DNA of 248,000 nucleotides from Andalucia godoyi And28 (lineage: Eukaryota; Protista; Jakobida): positions 20,001-268,000 of the forward strand of contig VRVR01000021.1 in assembly GCA_009859145.1 (NCBI GenBank). The letters are read 5' to 3'. The translations under genes were made by a program, and so were the position numbers. Every line of letters begins with the position of its first letter. The stretch's first letter is position 1. The notes beneath the pieces were generated by a model that was not told where the DNA came from, made no database searches, and saw nothing but the letters and a program-made list of their open reading frames with translations. This document shows positions 210,601 through 221,045 of the stretch, piece after piece.

Positions 210601-213221
210601 GGCAGAATCGACGAGTGAGTACGCTGCGTGAGATACGCGCTTCTGTTCTGGATCGGATACTTCGCAATCAATCGAGCAGCGAGGGGAGAACTTGGCTTCG
210701 AGAATGACTGAGACAAAACCGGCAACGAATGAATCATCCTTTGCAGAGAGGGCGAACAAGGGATCACACCAGAAACGAGCAGTTCTGCATCCCGGTCCCA
210801 GTCAGTATCCCCCAGGATCCAAAAATCTGGCTTCACAGCCCACAAAGCTCGGGCAACCTTCACGAAGAAAGGGTTCGGAAAGCCTTCATCCGTACAGGCG
210901 CGCGTCTCGAAAAAGCCAGCAACCGATCTGTTGGAGTAGTGCGGCTGCACAACGGTGCCAATCAAAATCTCGTGTCGGGACCAATGCAAGACACCGTCCG
211001 CATCCTTCCTGTACATCTCTTGCTTGTCCACCGGTTTGAGAAGTGGAGTCAGGTGCGCGTGGTCTATACGAAGACCGTCGATGTCCGCCTTGGCAATCCA
211101 TTCCTTGAGTTCGTTCACGTACAGATTCCACGTGTCGAGATTACGGTAGTTCAAGAGCACCGAGTCCTGCCATTCAATGTCGCGACCGTCAATTGCATAA
211201 TGGGGCATAAGTCTCCCCGTATTGTCTGACGTATAAACAAGGGAGGGGAAGTATTTGCGATGTGCATTCTTGGCAGACACGCGAGTTGTTGTGCCGACGA
211301 CCACTTTGATGCGGGATCCGTGGGCCGTTGACATCAGCTTTTGGAACTGCGTGATGCCACCTTTCGACGCTGACGGCACCGCTCTTTCGACTGGTGCATA
211401 CGGATGGAAGTAGAATCGCTCCATGGCGCCAGTAAGGTGAACCGCTGTTACGCCTCGTTGGCGGTACGCGGAAATCTTGGACCCTACGTCAGCAAAGGTG
211501 CCAGCCTGGCGAATGCTCTCTTCAGTGCCATGTGCAGTATGAGAACCCCAGCGAGCGTTCTCGCAATCGACCCACACATCATGCATGACTTCCGTTCGGA
211601 GGTCTGGCTGGATCATGATGCGGCCTGCAGACACGGTGGCTGACCCAGAGCGTATGCGGTAATCCCACATTCCACAGCGCAGACCAGTTAAGAGAGGAAG
211701 CGCATAAAAATCCTGGCTACCGACAGACACCACGATAGGAATCGTCATTCGAGTAGGCTGAGTTCGACGGGGGGTTGGCACGGATATTTCCAAGTGCAGA
211801 TCCGTTCTCCTCCATCCAGATGCTTCATCCAGAGACACAAAATCCGCGTTCTTCACAACATCCTTGTACGAAAACGACTCGTCGCGACCAACCCGTGCAA
211901 CTGCCACGCCCAAAAACGACGGAGCGTTCGCAATGCTGCCACTCGAATTTTGGAAAATCTTTGCTGAGATGGGTACGACAGCATTGAAATCGTCAACGCT
212001 GGAGTACAGATCCCGCGGCCCTGTAAAGTATGCCGGATTGCCCTCCTGACGCGGGACCGGGCCGTTCACATCAAACGTACGGTACACAATGACCACAGCA
212101 TCTCCGAGACGACACATCAACGGAACAAACGGGCCGCGATCTTGCAGCGACGGTGGCTGTTTTGGAGTCGTCTGCAACGGCATAAACGTGACGGAGGCGC
212201 TCTTTGGCGTGGACGGAGTGGAGGATGCTGCAGACTCCGAAGCGGCTGCATCTGCGGCAGTCGGCGTCAAGAGCCCGTCTGACTCTCGCGACAGCTGCCA
212301 TGTATGGCCGTCGTAGACGGCATTGAGCAGTCTGATGGAATCATCAGCGATATCTTCTATATCAGATCCGTGGAGTGCAACAAGAAACCGCTCCAAGATC
212401 TGCACGTCTGCGCAGCGATGGTTGATGGACATGATCGCCAGCAACCTTGACTTCAGATCGGCGAACGTTCGACGAATCACTGTCTCGTCATTTGAGGTGA
212501 ACGCCTCTAGATAGGACTCCTCCAGCTCTTCTGTAACAGAGTACTTCATCCTTTCTTGGAGCAGGCTCTGCAGACGGTCAACAGTCGCCTGAAACGATCC
212601 CAACACACGCGACTTCCAATGCTGAGCAATCAGATGCGGTGCAGACAGTGAGTCCTTTGCATCCTTTTGCGCGAATACCGAGACATACCGGTGGTACACC
212701 AAGGAAGAAAAGTAATGGTCCAGAGCACCCGCACATTGCAGAACAAAATTCACAAGCGAAACGTGCAATGCAGGCGAATCGGAACTGGCCTCTGCATTCG
212801 ATTTTGAACCATCCGAAGAGAACGATACCTCGAAGGAAAGGTCGGAAGTGAACACGTGCTTCTCAGCTTCTCGGAAGGTAGCGAGAGCCGGGGCAAACCC
212901 AAGTTTCAGAATCGAAGCGTGGATCTTGACGACCGCGGCAACCAGCAGATTCCGCACATTGTCTGAGAGTGGGAGAAGCCCGTCTGCCTCCACAAGATGA
213001 TCCGCAGCACTTGCAATCCGATCTCGGACCGATGGATACGTCTCAGCATTGATTTCATTCAAGAGCGCAAGAACATCAGGAGCAAGGCGAAGCACACACG
213101 ACTGACTTCCCGAAAGCGTCGTGGACTGTGATGCCAGCAGTTCAGAATTCTTCACGTCTGGTGTCAGATCCGATACGACCAAGTCCCAAAAAAGAGACTT
213201 TTGGGAAATATAAGTCGACAT
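207687..213221 (-). CDS. GT5 alpha-glucan (glycogen/starch) synthase fused to a GH13-like domain
   Basis: PEIAPWSKIGGVA, HDWPSG, VHN..YQG, FVGRITEQKG, MPSLFEPGG; upstream DGLRIDHAH amylase-like region. Confidence 0.85.
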   Translation of the reverse strand: MSTYISQKSLFWDLVVSDLTPDVKNSELLASQSTTLSGSQSCVLRLAPDVLALLNEINAETYPSVRDRIASAADHLVEADGLLPLSDNVRNLLVAAVVKIHASILKLGFAPALATFREAEKHVFTSDLSFEVSFSSDGSKSNAEASSDSPALHVSLVNFVLQCAGALDHYFSSLVYHRYVSVFAQKDAKDSLSAPHLIAQHWKSRVLGSFQATVDRLQSLLQERMKYSVTEELEESYLEAFTSNDETVIRRTFADLKSRLLAIMSINHRCADVQILERFLVALHGSDIEDIADDSIRLLNAVYDGHTWQLSRESDGLLTPTAADAAASESAASSTPSTPKSASVTFMPLQTTPKQPPSLQDRGPFVPLMCRLGDAVVIVYRTFDVNGPVPRQEGNPAYFTGPRDLYSSVDDFNAVVPISAKIFQNSSGSIANAPSFLGVAVARVGRDESFSYKDVVKNADFVSLDEASGWRRTDLHLEISVPTPRRTQPTRMTIPIVVSVGSQDFYALPLLTGLRCGMWDYRIRSGSATVSAGRIMIQPDLRTEVMHDVWVDCENARWGSHTAHGTEESIRQAGTFADVGSKISAYRQRGVTAVHLTGAMERFYFHPYAPVERAVPSASKGGITQFQKLMSTAHGSRIKVVVGTTTRVSAKNAHRKYFPSLVYTSDNTGRLMPHYAIDGRDIEWQDSVLLNYRNLDTWNLYVNELKEWIAKADIDGLRIDHAHLTPLLKPVDKQEMYRKDADGVLHWSRHEILIGTVVQPHYSNRSVAGFFETRACTDEGFPNPFFVKVARALWAVKPDFWILGDTDWDRDAELLVSGVIPCSPSLQRMIHSLPVLSQSFSKPSSPLAARLIAKYPIQNRSAYLTQRTHSSILPLNSSHPWTMLDLMYLLPWVPCTSSIELDTFPFSVDITTGRRHRMNVSFSQQFLEEYVVSRTSLRRRYDVLLKGELEFVPSPNPHQIACFIRWIRATGEMCFCAVNMSPSDAHWVPLSIPKSAVVRSDEMYSVSRVEPKGKVEYFYGEEIVALSGVDMKPITFQVTPSSSLCLLVSPMQDTVSSRRLVVESSLRRCLECQDHALPSHHFYKNVLKALQDRNRSDEFFDLIKRYASVLTPPLERDLLPAVLHRVLFHAVQQETAKEVVVASYLRSAALNKQGIDTVVFDVCRSLLERNKLGSIVMVTPEIAPWSKIGGVAVMVDALAQDLASMGLEVHVLSPYYNKNNAGKTDYLKEDGIFLDSIIQTNVGFDTVNVGLHYVHRNNVHYYFLHHADIFPVAYRSGRAMDQCRTVVLLARAALETLCQKHILPAVIVTHDWPSGLVAAYTKLGYYGSSFRGATLMHVVHNLEEGYQGRIYPEAHLHAADDHFGWIHQLPDDVVWDPYIRCIDSSRAALRMSDQWGTVSLSYRNDLLSSSSYAYVLRKYARPFAYSNGIRVAVRRAQMAKIAPSHEAAKEIVQKKYFGRSEPSVPVFSFVGRITEQKGVHLIVDAVEHLMYTYSGKLMIIIGGQANYTDPYAARCGARMRALRSLFPNQFWCDPDAFFADGPLVNIGSDFGLMPSLFEPGGQVQQEYFAAGTPVVAFATGGLKDTVSEFDVDSERGNGFLFLGYRVADFINCVDRCMRVYERKDQYERLRENAERSVLDSMHVSRQWGKEFARLRGCLWVEDVINEMHSLQTQNSVRVVRTTSGASSVPEWLPPVPHVQKMEQKLQNATAVAQSIPIHSNPTMMSPAHSAPVGMPSTTNWYPSSAVTADLATPATSGLSLPASSSGGPVYPVPLPPQPAPAFAPSGSERERASSVPSSIDVSTKPLINAPGVVTATTEQRRPSIPTPTNPEPRRISLPLSTNPQ

Positions 213222-213234
213222 TTCACTTTCTCCT

Positions 213235-213297
213235 TTTCTTTTTCTTTTTCTTTTTCTTTTTCTTTTTCTTTTTCTTTTTCTTTTTCTTTTTCTTTTT
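213235..213297. repeat. (TTTTTC)n tandem repeat
   Basis: Direct reading. Confidence 0.85.
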
Positions 213298-213708
213298 CGA
213301 TCAGCGAACTGCTGGGAAATAAAAACAATATTCTTGTATAAAGAAGTAATCAACTAATTAAATTTTTAAATATAAAAATAGAAGAAAACCAAAAGAAAAG
213401 AACAGCAAGCAAAGCAGGTTAAATAAATAGTCGTGCGGGAATTCGAACATCCTGCTGCAGAGTGCAAATAGGGAAAGCACCCATCGCCCACTTGAACTCA
213501 GCGGGGAATTTGTGTTTTCCTACGTATCTCCAAGTTGTGCCAAGTTGATGATGTGCACTTGATGCAAAGTGAATCGATATTGCCGGACTTTCCTAATTGT
213601 CAGTTTTTTTTTCCGTGAGTGTTTTTCTTCTTTCTTCTTTCATCATCTTCTTGGTTTTTTCTTCTTCTTGTTGCTGTTGTTGTTGCTGTTGTTGCTGAGA
213701 ACATCGCG

Positions 213709-215097
213709 ATGTCGGTTCGAGAGTACGCTGTGGTGGCATTCCACTTGGTCGCACTGATGCTGTTGTGGCCTGTACTTGGAATTCTTTTCAGAGTTGTTCG
213801 GCTATTCTGCGTGTTCTTCTGGAGAAGGCCAAAGAAGAGCCGCGATGCTGCGATTTCGTATTTCCACCCGTTTGCACTGTCTGGAGGCGGTGGCGAACGT
213901 GTGTTGTGGCAGGCAGTCCGCGGCCATTTGGAATTCTCGGATAGCAATTTGGTCATTTATTCGTCACAGATCCCCGAGTCATTGGATCATCTTTCACGCA
214001 AGATTGGCTCGTCGTTTGGAATCCATTTGGATCCATCTGTTCTGCACAGACGACTGGCTTTTGTGCACCTTCCATTTTCAGCTTGCTTGGACCCGCAGTC
214101 GTTTCCAGTCGCAACCATGTTTTTCCAGCTGTTTGGGGCGGTCTGCGTTGCGTTTCATGCAGTTCTTCGCGATCCGTTTGTTCAAGTGTTTATCGACTCA
214201 ACGGGGTGGGCTCCAACCCTCATGTTTGCCAAGGTCCTGACGGGCTGTCGCACCGGTGCCTATGTTCACTATCCGACAATTTCGGATGTGCATCTGGACG
214301 CTGCAACGGGATTCCTGCGCAAACTGTACCTGGGTGCTCTGTTCCTGTTTTATCGATTTTGTGGATCATTTGTCGACTTTGCCGCTGCGAACTCATCGTG
214401 GACGATGGCGCGCATGAAGAAGATATGGCCGTCGACAGCCATCAGCCTTGTATATCCTCCATGTCCTGTAGAGGCACTTTCGGCGATTGCGACGACCAGC
214501 AAACGCGAGCGTATCATTTTGTCCATTGGCCAGTTCAGACCAGAAAAGAATCACGCGCTGCAGCTTCAAGCGTTTGCAGAGGCCGTCGCAAATGGGTTGC
214601 ATCAGGCAAGACTTGTGGTCATTGGGTCCACACGAAGCCCGGGCGATGAAGACAGGGTCGTGTCTCTGCAGACCCTTGCACGGGATCTCGGGATTTACCC
214701 CTCTCAAGTCGAGTTTCTGGTGAATGTTCCGTTTGCGACCATCAAGGAATTTCTTGGACGAGCTTTGGTGGGCGTCCACACAATGCAAGATGAACACTTT
214801 GGAATCTCGGTTGTCGAGTTCATGGCGGCAGGTGTGATCCCAGTCGCCCACCAGAGTGGCGGGCCGTTGGATGATATCGTCCTTGATAATGGAGAGAATG
214901 GTCTGCTGGCCAAGAACGCCCACGAGTTTGCCCACGCCTTTGTCAAGTTGCTTGAGCAGATGTCACCTTCGGAAGTGTCAAAGATGCGAGAAAGATCGCA
215001 ACGGCGTGCACAAATGTTTTCATCGCGCGAGTTTGAGGAACAGTGGATTGGCTTACTCGTGCACAACAACGTTTTCCCAAGAAAGAAGGAGCACTGA
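213709..215097 (+). CDS. ALG11: Alpha-1,2-mannosyltransferase Alg11
   Basis: FHPFALSGGGGERVLW, YVHYPTIS, QFRPEKNH, DEHFGISVVE. Confidence 0.94.
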   Translation: MSVREYAVVAFHLVALMLLWPVLGILFRVVRLFCVFFWRRPKKSRDAAISYFHPFALSGGGGERVLWQAVRGHLEFSDSNLVIYSSQIPESLDHLSRKIGSSFGIHLDPSVLHRRLAFVHLPFSACLDPQSFPVATMFFQLFGAVCVAFHAVLRDPFVQVFIDSTGWAPTLMFAKVLTGCRTGAYVHYPTISDVHLDAATGFLRKLYLGALFLFYRFCGSFVDFAAANSSWTMARMKKIWPSTAISLVYPPCPVEALSAIATTSKRERIILSIGQFRPEKNHALQLQAFAEAVANGLHQARLVVIGSTRSPGDEDRVVSLQTLARDLGIYPSQVEFLVNVPFATIKEFLGRALVGVHTMQDEHFGISVVEFMAAGVIPVAHQSGGPLDDIVLDNGENGLLAKNAHEFAHAFVKLLEQMSPSEVSKMRERSQRRAQMFSSREFEEQWIGLLVHNNVFPRKKEH

Positions 215098-215244
215098 CGG
215101 AAGAGCGGCGTTGTTTCAAGCCCAGTTCTAGCAATTTTTAGAGTTTTCATAATGGAAAGAGTCTGTACATAAATTCTTACAAACAAAATGTAATAAAAGA
215201 AAAGAAAAATCCAACTGCATAATTTCTTTCCATATTCTCTTTCA

Positions 215245-216879
215245 TCATGCACATACGTCAGTGGATTTCAGACGAGCGAACAGCGGTTGCGTCACGTTCA
215301 TAGAAAGAATACGGTTCAATGAGTTGTCAATGGAAAAAGAAAACGGAAGACCGAAACGTACGTGTTGGGCAGATGATAAATCTTTTGCTGCCAGTGCGGA
215401 AATGCCCTTTTCTGCGGAAATCGGAATGATCGGGCTGAGCGCGATCATCGAGGCACGCAGGACCTCGAGTGAAACCAGCAGTGTTCTTGAAAAAAGAGCA
215501 AAGTCGCCACCAGGCTTCACAGTGTCCCACGGCCTGGCCGCAGAAAAATACGAGTTTCCAAGGCGCAGCAACTCTAGTATGTGTTCAATGACCTTGGATA
215601 TTTCTCCATCGTCGTAGTACACATGAACGGTTTCTCGCAAGTTGTTGATCCTCGAGAAAATTTCCGTTTCCTGCGCAGACTGCGAAACAAAAGGATTTGC
215701 AAGTTTGAAGAACTGCTTCGCAAGCGCCTCCCGATCTGTCTTGGCCAGCAGTGCCAATGTGCGGGACAGCAAGTTTCCAAGAGTATCTGCCAAATCAACG
215801 TTGCATTTCTGGAAGACGAGGTCCCGCAGGAAGTTTGAGTCTTGCGACAACGAGCTCTCTTTCATCATGAAATATCGGAAGCGGTCCATTCCGATTGAGT
215901 CGACGTACTTGCATGGTTCAACAACATTGCCCAGCGATTTCGACATTTTCTTTCCATCCACCACCCAGTGCGCATGGCAAACAATTTTTTTTGGAAACGG
216001 AAGATCGGCAGCCAGAAGAAATGCAGGCCAGTACACCGCGTGAAACTTGAGAATATCCTTGCCAATGACTTGGTGCGTCGGAGGCCAGGAGTCCACAAAC
216101 CTGGGCGATGGATACCCAGCAACGGTCAGATAGTTCGCCAGAGCGTCCAGCCAAACATAGATCACTTGCCGATCGTCATCGGACAGATCAGCGCTCTTGA
216201 TATCAAACGAACGGGACGGAACCGGAATGCCCCAGGGGACTCGTGCGACCGGTCTCGACACACTCAAATCCCCAATATCGGAATCCAGATACGCCAAGAC
216301 CTCGTTTTTCCGAGACGCAGGCACAATCTGCATCTTTCCTGAATTGATGATCGACTTGATCTCGTCACGAAACGCAGAAAGCTTAAACATCCAATTTAGC
216401 TCGGAGATGAGTTCGACTGGTCTTCCTGACAGCTTGGAGCATCTCGACCCGTCCTCCAAAACGATAGTGTCTTCCTCCTTTAGAAACTCTTCGTCGGATA
216501 CTGAATACCACCCGGAATACGATCCGCGGTACAGATACCCCTTTGATTGCAAAATATCCCACAGTCGATGCACACTCTCAACGTGTCTGGATTCCGTAGT
216601 CCGGATGAAATCATCCTGCGAGCAATCAAGCTGCAGCGCCAGAGACCGGAAGCAATTTGAATTGTGTGTGCAGAATTCCATGGTGGTCATATTCGCACTT
216701 TGAGCAGCCTCGTGCACCTTCTTGCCGTGCTCATCCGTGCCCGTTGCAAGCAGCACTCTTGCACCATTCAACCGGTGCCATCGCGCAATCACATCAGCAA
216801 GAACCAACGAGTACGCATGCCCTAAATGCGGAGCTCCATTCACGTAGAAAATCGGAGTCGTCACAAACACCCGATTCAT
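215245..216879 (-). CDS. MARS2: Methionyl-tRNA synthetase, mitochondrial type
   Basis: TTPIFYVNGAPHLGHAY, YVWLDAL, KMSKSLGN. Confidence 0.93.
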   Translation of the reverse strand: MNRVFVTTPIFYVNGAPHLGHAYSLVLADVIARWHRLNGARVLLATGTDEHGKKVHEAAQSANMTTMEFCTHNSNCFRSLALQLDCSQDDFIRTTESRHVESVHRLWDILQSKGYLYRGSYSGWYSVSDEEFLKEEDTIVLEDGSRCSKLSGRPVELISELNWMFKLSAFRDEIKSIINSGKMQIVPASRKNEVLAYLDSDIGDLSVSRPVARVPWGIPVPSRSFDIKSADLSDDDRQVIYVWLDALANYLTVAGYPSPRFVDSWPPTHQVIGKDILKFHAVYWPAFLLAADLPFPKKIVCHAHWVVDGKKMSKSLGNVVEPCKYVDSIGMDRFRYFMMKESSLSQDSNFLRDLVFQKCNVDLADTLGNLLSRTLALLAKTDREALAKQFFKLANPFVSQSAQETEIFSRINNLRETVHVYYDDGEISKVIEHILELLRLGNSYFSAARPWDTVKPGGDFALFSRTLLVSLEVLRASMIALSPIIPISAEKGISALAAKDLSSAQHVRFGLPFSFSIDNSLNRILSMNVTQPLFARLKSTDVCA

Positions 216880-217384
216880 TCTTCTCTCGCCCCTATATGC
216901 TTCCCTTTTCCCCCTTTTCCCCCTCTTTTTGTTCTTCTTCTCTTCGCTCGAATGATTCCTATTTCCTAACGTAATCCAAAATGAACAGCAGCAAATCCTC
217001 AACTTCTCAATTCCTCCTCAACTTACTCGTGCTTTCCGCTCCGTTTCCTCGAATCCAAAAATAAGAAAAAAAACTTCGCTGGTCTTGCACGATAGAGCAT
217101 GCAGATTAAGTATGCCAGTCGAGCGTCCTTTGCTTGCCCCGACAACAACATAAAAAACCTCAGTTTCAGCTCTTTCCCCTTTCCCTCCTTTCAATATGCC
217201 CCGAGCTAGGTCATTGTTTCAGCATATTGTTTTTTTAAAGAATAGATATTAAACAATATATTTTTCTATTTTTGTTTTCTGAATCCGGTTTGAGATTGCG
217301 TGCGTGCGTGCGTGCGTGTGCGTGTGCGTGTGTGTCTGTCTGTCTTCGTTTGTGTTTGTGTTTGGGTGTGTGGAGCTTGTAATC

Positions 217385-220300
217385 ATGTGCAGTAGTGTTG
217401 TTCTTGATGACATTTTCCAATACTCAAAGGAAGTTACAGAGACGTATCTTCCTTGTGCGTCCCTTGTTCGGTTCGGAAATGCAGCTATTGACGACATTGC
217501 AATGGACTTGAGTTTGATGAGCGACATTCGAGCCAAGTGGCGGATTTTCCCAGAGGCTCGCGACTTTCAGATGTCGCTGGCTTCCATTGAGGAGGGCCTT
217601 CCGTTGACGACCCTGGTAGACCCAAAGTGGATCCGAATGCACTTGTCGACTGCGCCGATGGTCAACATTTGTGTGTTTTCATTGGATGCAGACGATGACA
217701 CTTGGAGAAAGAATGTGGAGTTCTGCGAAAAGGAGATATTCAGCAAAGCACACGGCTCAAAGTTCATTTTCTTGATCAGGGCTCTTAATGCGCGTGCCGA
217801 AGGATCGTCGAGCATTCCGTCTGCTTCATCGTCAAATACTGCTGGTGTTGCCAAGTCCCCGTCGCTTACGCAAGGGATCAACGTTATTGCTGCATCGGGT
217901 GGCCAGAGTGTCGATAACGCATCTGCACCAACCTCCCCGAGTGCGCCGTCGTCTGCATCGGATGATCGAGTGTCTGAACTCAAGAAGAGATTGGAAGGAG
218001 AGTTTCTGGTAATTCCGATTATCCGACCGAACACGGCAAACCAGACTGCAGTACCGCCATATATGAACAAGGTGGGAAAATGGGTTTCCTCGTTGGTGGA
218101 ATCTGTGGGAAAGGACCGCGTGAAGAGCGCCAAGAAAATGGTCTCCGAAGGAAGAACGTTGGATATGGGGTCAATGGTCCGGTACCTATTTGCAGAGGGA
218201 TTTTGGAATGAGGTGCGGCGAAAGTACGACTCGGCGTTCAAAAAGTACGAAGAGGCTCATCGGCTGATCCTCCAGTCTTCGGTGCAGGACTACACCGTTC
218301 CGCCAATGGATGTGCTGTACTGTTCAGAATATCTATCGTTTCGTATTCGCCGGCTCCGCGTTCTCAATTACTACGCAAACATCAGGAACACCCCTTCTTC
218401 ACAAGAACCAAATGCCAAAGTGTACATTGTGAACCAATTTAGAGAGCAGTATCGTTGGTATACATCTCAGCTTCTGTCTTCTGTTGCCGATCTGCTGCGA
218501 TCTCGCTTGTTCCTCGCTAGACAATGCTTCTCCTTCGGGAAGATTTTGTGTGAAAAGGTGCTCACAGATATCGTGGTGTCGTATTTTGTGTCCACTGTTG
218601 TGGAGTACCGTTGCCAACCGGCATTTTATTTTCGTGCAGCGGCGAACCACATGATCGAATCGCAAGCTGTCGCGCTGTTGATTTGTAACCGAAATACGAA
218701 TGTGCAATCGGCCGTGGACGTTCGATCTCTCTCCCTGTCCTTCGCTCCGGAAGTTGCGAAGTCATTTTTGATGGTGATAACCAATCCAGGTAGGAACATT
218801 GCTTCTGATACGCTGGTGACTGAGATTCTCAGTGTTATTGGAAAGCGGCAGTTTTCTGAGAATGTTTTAGGACTTTTGAAGATCCAATTGGACTCCATCC
218901 CTGTCCACAAACTGAGGCTTCGCTCGGAAATTTTGATGCGCATGGTGGACCAACAGATTGTACTGCACGAATGGATGGAGGCTCTGGAGAAGTTGCGCGA
219001 AGTTCGTCCGATCTTGCGCAAGGATTATTGGCGCTTTGAGACGGTATATCACGTCCAGAAGACATTGTTTTGCGTCCAGCAACTCATCGACAAGGTGTCG
219101 CAAATCCCACAGCAATTGCCGAAGGTGTATGGTTCTGCGTGGCAAGAGTATGTTTTATCGTCGATGGAGGTTGTGTCCAGCGCTTCGCTGCTGCCGTTTG
219201 AGGTCCGCAAGCAGTATTCAGATTCCTTGCTGTCGTTCATGCAAAAGTTTTCGTCGATCGCGAATGTCGTGGAAACCGAACTCTCTGCAAAGCCTTCTCT
219301 TGTGCTGGATCCGTGGACGACAGTCCCTTTGTTTGTTGTCGAGCCTTCGTTTTCTGCATTCTCTGTGCACGTTGGGGACAAACTGCAGTTCAAGGTCAAG
219401 CTGACTGTCCTGCTTCCGCCAGAATGTGTCCGACAACTCCTCTCCGCGGACCTCGCGTCGCATATTTTCCCTTCACTGTCAGCAGAATTTCGAGGAATCC
219501 CGTCGTTGAAGGTCGACTACCACTCTTCAGACATCGATGAGGGTACTGGACTATTGGTTGTCTGCTTTGCATGCGAGGTTCCCACCGTCCTGAAGACGTT
219601 CTTGTCTCTAAAAATGCTGTCAGGAAGCTCTCGCTTTGCGGGGCTTCCGTTGACCTTCGACGCCTCTTGGTATTTCACTTCCGTCGAATGCTATTGCCAT
219701 ATTCATTCTGCTCCGTCGCTTCTCGATGTATCTTTTGATTTGCTGGCTTCCAGTGTTGCAGACCGCGTTGTCGATATGAATACCCCGCTCTTTGTGAACG
219801 AAGCTTGCCGAGTACGTGTGACGATACGATCTCCTCGGGAGCACTGCGGTGGTGGTACGTACTCCATTCATTGCTTGTCGCCTGCGGATACTGCCGTTGC
219901 GCCGGATTTATTGACGCAGTCCTCGAGCTCCATGTTTGGCAACATTCCAACACTGAACCCAGCAACAGGTGACGTGGATCATGTGTTTGAGTTTGTGGTT
220001 CGTTCGACTGTACCGGGAATGAAGTCATTTAGTTTTGAAGGGGTGTATGCCTCTCCTCGTGATTCAAAGTGCATTCATACATCCTCTCTGAATCTTGTGT
220101 TTGCTTGGCCGTTTGTGGTCGGTGTGGATGTTTTCAAAACCTCGTCGAATTTCTTGAGCACTTTCCCGCCTCTGAGAACTGCTGCGTCATCTTGCTATCT
220201 GAACGAACCGACTGTCTTTTCTGTGTTTATCAAAAGACCAGATGAAGGGGCCTCTCCTACTTCGAAACCGGATGATTTCGCGCTTCGTGTTTTTGCCGTG

Positions 220301-220921
220301 GATTGCGTTTCTCAAGCGTCTTCTCTTTCCTTGGTTGCCAACGGGACGTCGTCCACTCCTGCACATTCGGTGTCGGAGCACTTTTCAGATGCTGTCCTCT
220401 GTGGTTCCGACTCCTTGCAATCAGCTTTTCTGGGAGTTCCCCACAAGGAAGGTACGATCAGCCCGTTCACGATATCTGTGCACTGTTGCCGCGTGTTTTA
220501 TTCCTCTCCTTCCGTGGGAAAGGTCAAGCTTGAAAATGGACATTCTTTTATCCTCACGTTCCGTGCTCCAGAGGTGATCATATTGTCTCGCCCACTGCGA
220601 GTGCGGTTTGCCATTCCCGCAGAAGCGTTGTGTGCGCAGCAATTCGATGTCGTTGCGACGATTGAGAACTTGGCGCAGCAAGAACTATCCATCTCTTTAC
220701 AGGTTGATCCTGTGAACGAGTCGGGCTCCATCGTCGTGCAAGGTGTTCGAATCAAGACTCGAATCCTGGAGCCGTCTTCTTCGATTGTTGAGCGGTTTTC
220801 CATGTGTGCCCTTCAGGCAGGCTGCCTGTCAATTCCGAGCTTCCGCGTGTCGCCTACCGAAAATCTGCAACAGATTATGTACGACTCGAGCAATGATAAT
220901 CTGAATGTCTTTATTCATTAG
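217385..220921 (+). CDS. TRAPPC11: TRAPP complex subunit 11 (foie gras)-like
   Basis: VRYLFAEGFWNE..AFKKYEEA, QFREQY, PAFYFRAAA, C-terminal Ig-like repeats. Confidence 0.7.
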   Translation: MCSSVVLDDIFQYSKEVTETYLPCASLVRFGNAAIDDIAMDLSLMSDIRAKWRIFPEARDFQMSLASIEEGLPLTTLVDPKWIRMHLSTAPMVNICVFSLDADDDTWRKNVEFCEKEIFSKAHGSKFIFLIRALNARAEGSSSIPSASSSNTAGVAKSPSLTQGINVIAASGGQSVDNASAPTSPSAPSSASDDRVSELKKRLEGEFLVIPIIRPNTANQTAVPPYMNKVGKWVSSLVESVGKDRVKSAKKMVSEGRTLDMGSMVRYLFAEGFWNEVRRKYDSAFKKYEEAHRLILQSSVQDYTVPPMDVLYCSEYLSFRIRRLRVLNYYANIRNTPSSQEPNAKVYIVNQFREQYRWYTSQLLSSVADLLRSRLFLARQCFSFGKILCEKVLTDIVVSYFVSTVVEYRCQPAFYFRAAANHMIESQAVALLICNRNTNVQSAVDVRSLSLSFAPEVAKSFLMVITNPGRNIASDTLVTEILSVIGKRQFSENVLGLLKIQLDSIPVHKLRLRSEILMRMVDQQIVLHEWMEALEKLREVRPILRKDYWRFETVYHVQKTLFCVQQLIDKVSQIPQQLPKVYGSAWQEYVLSSMEVVSSASLLPFEVRKQYSDSLLSFMQKFSSIANVVETELSAKPSLVLDPWTTVPLFVVEPSFSAFSVHVGDKLQFKVKLTVLLPPECVRQLLSADLASHIFPSLSAEFRGIPSLKVDYHSSDIDEGTGLLVVCFACEVPTVLKTFLSLKMLSGSSRFAGLPLTFDASWYFTSVECYCHIHSAPSLLDVSFDLLASSVADRVVDMNTPLFVNEACRVRVTIRSPREHCGGGTYSIHCLSPADTAVAPDLLTQSSSSMFGNIPTLNPATGDVDHVFEFVVRSTVPGMKSFSFEGVYASPRDSKCIHTSSLNLVFAWPFVVGVDVFKTSSNFLSTFPPLRTAASSCYLNEPTVFSVFIKRPDEGASPTSKPDDFALRVFAVDCVSQASSLSLVANGTSSTPAHSVSEHFSDAVLCGSDSLQSAFLGVPHKEGTISPFTISVHCCRVFYSSPSVGKVKLENGHSFILTFRAPEVIILSRPLRVRFAIPAEALCAQQFDVVATIENLAQQELSISLQVDPVNESGSIVVQGVRIKTRILEPSSSIVERFSMCALQAGCLSIPSFRVSPTENLQQIMYDSSNDNLNVFIH

Positions 220922-221045
220922 TGGTATTTTCATTATAATAATAAAACCAACTCCCCCCGTCATTTTGTTGTTGACTATATTGAATTATTTTGCTGAAAAA
221001 GAAAAAAAAAGGGGGAAGAGGGGAAGGCGGAGGAGGAAGAAACTA

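Noticed and set aside
198077-213221. Alpha-amylase plus glucan synthase as a storage-polysaccharide gene cluster
   Set aside because: The amylase has a signal peptide (digestive or lysosomal) and five unrelated genes lie between them
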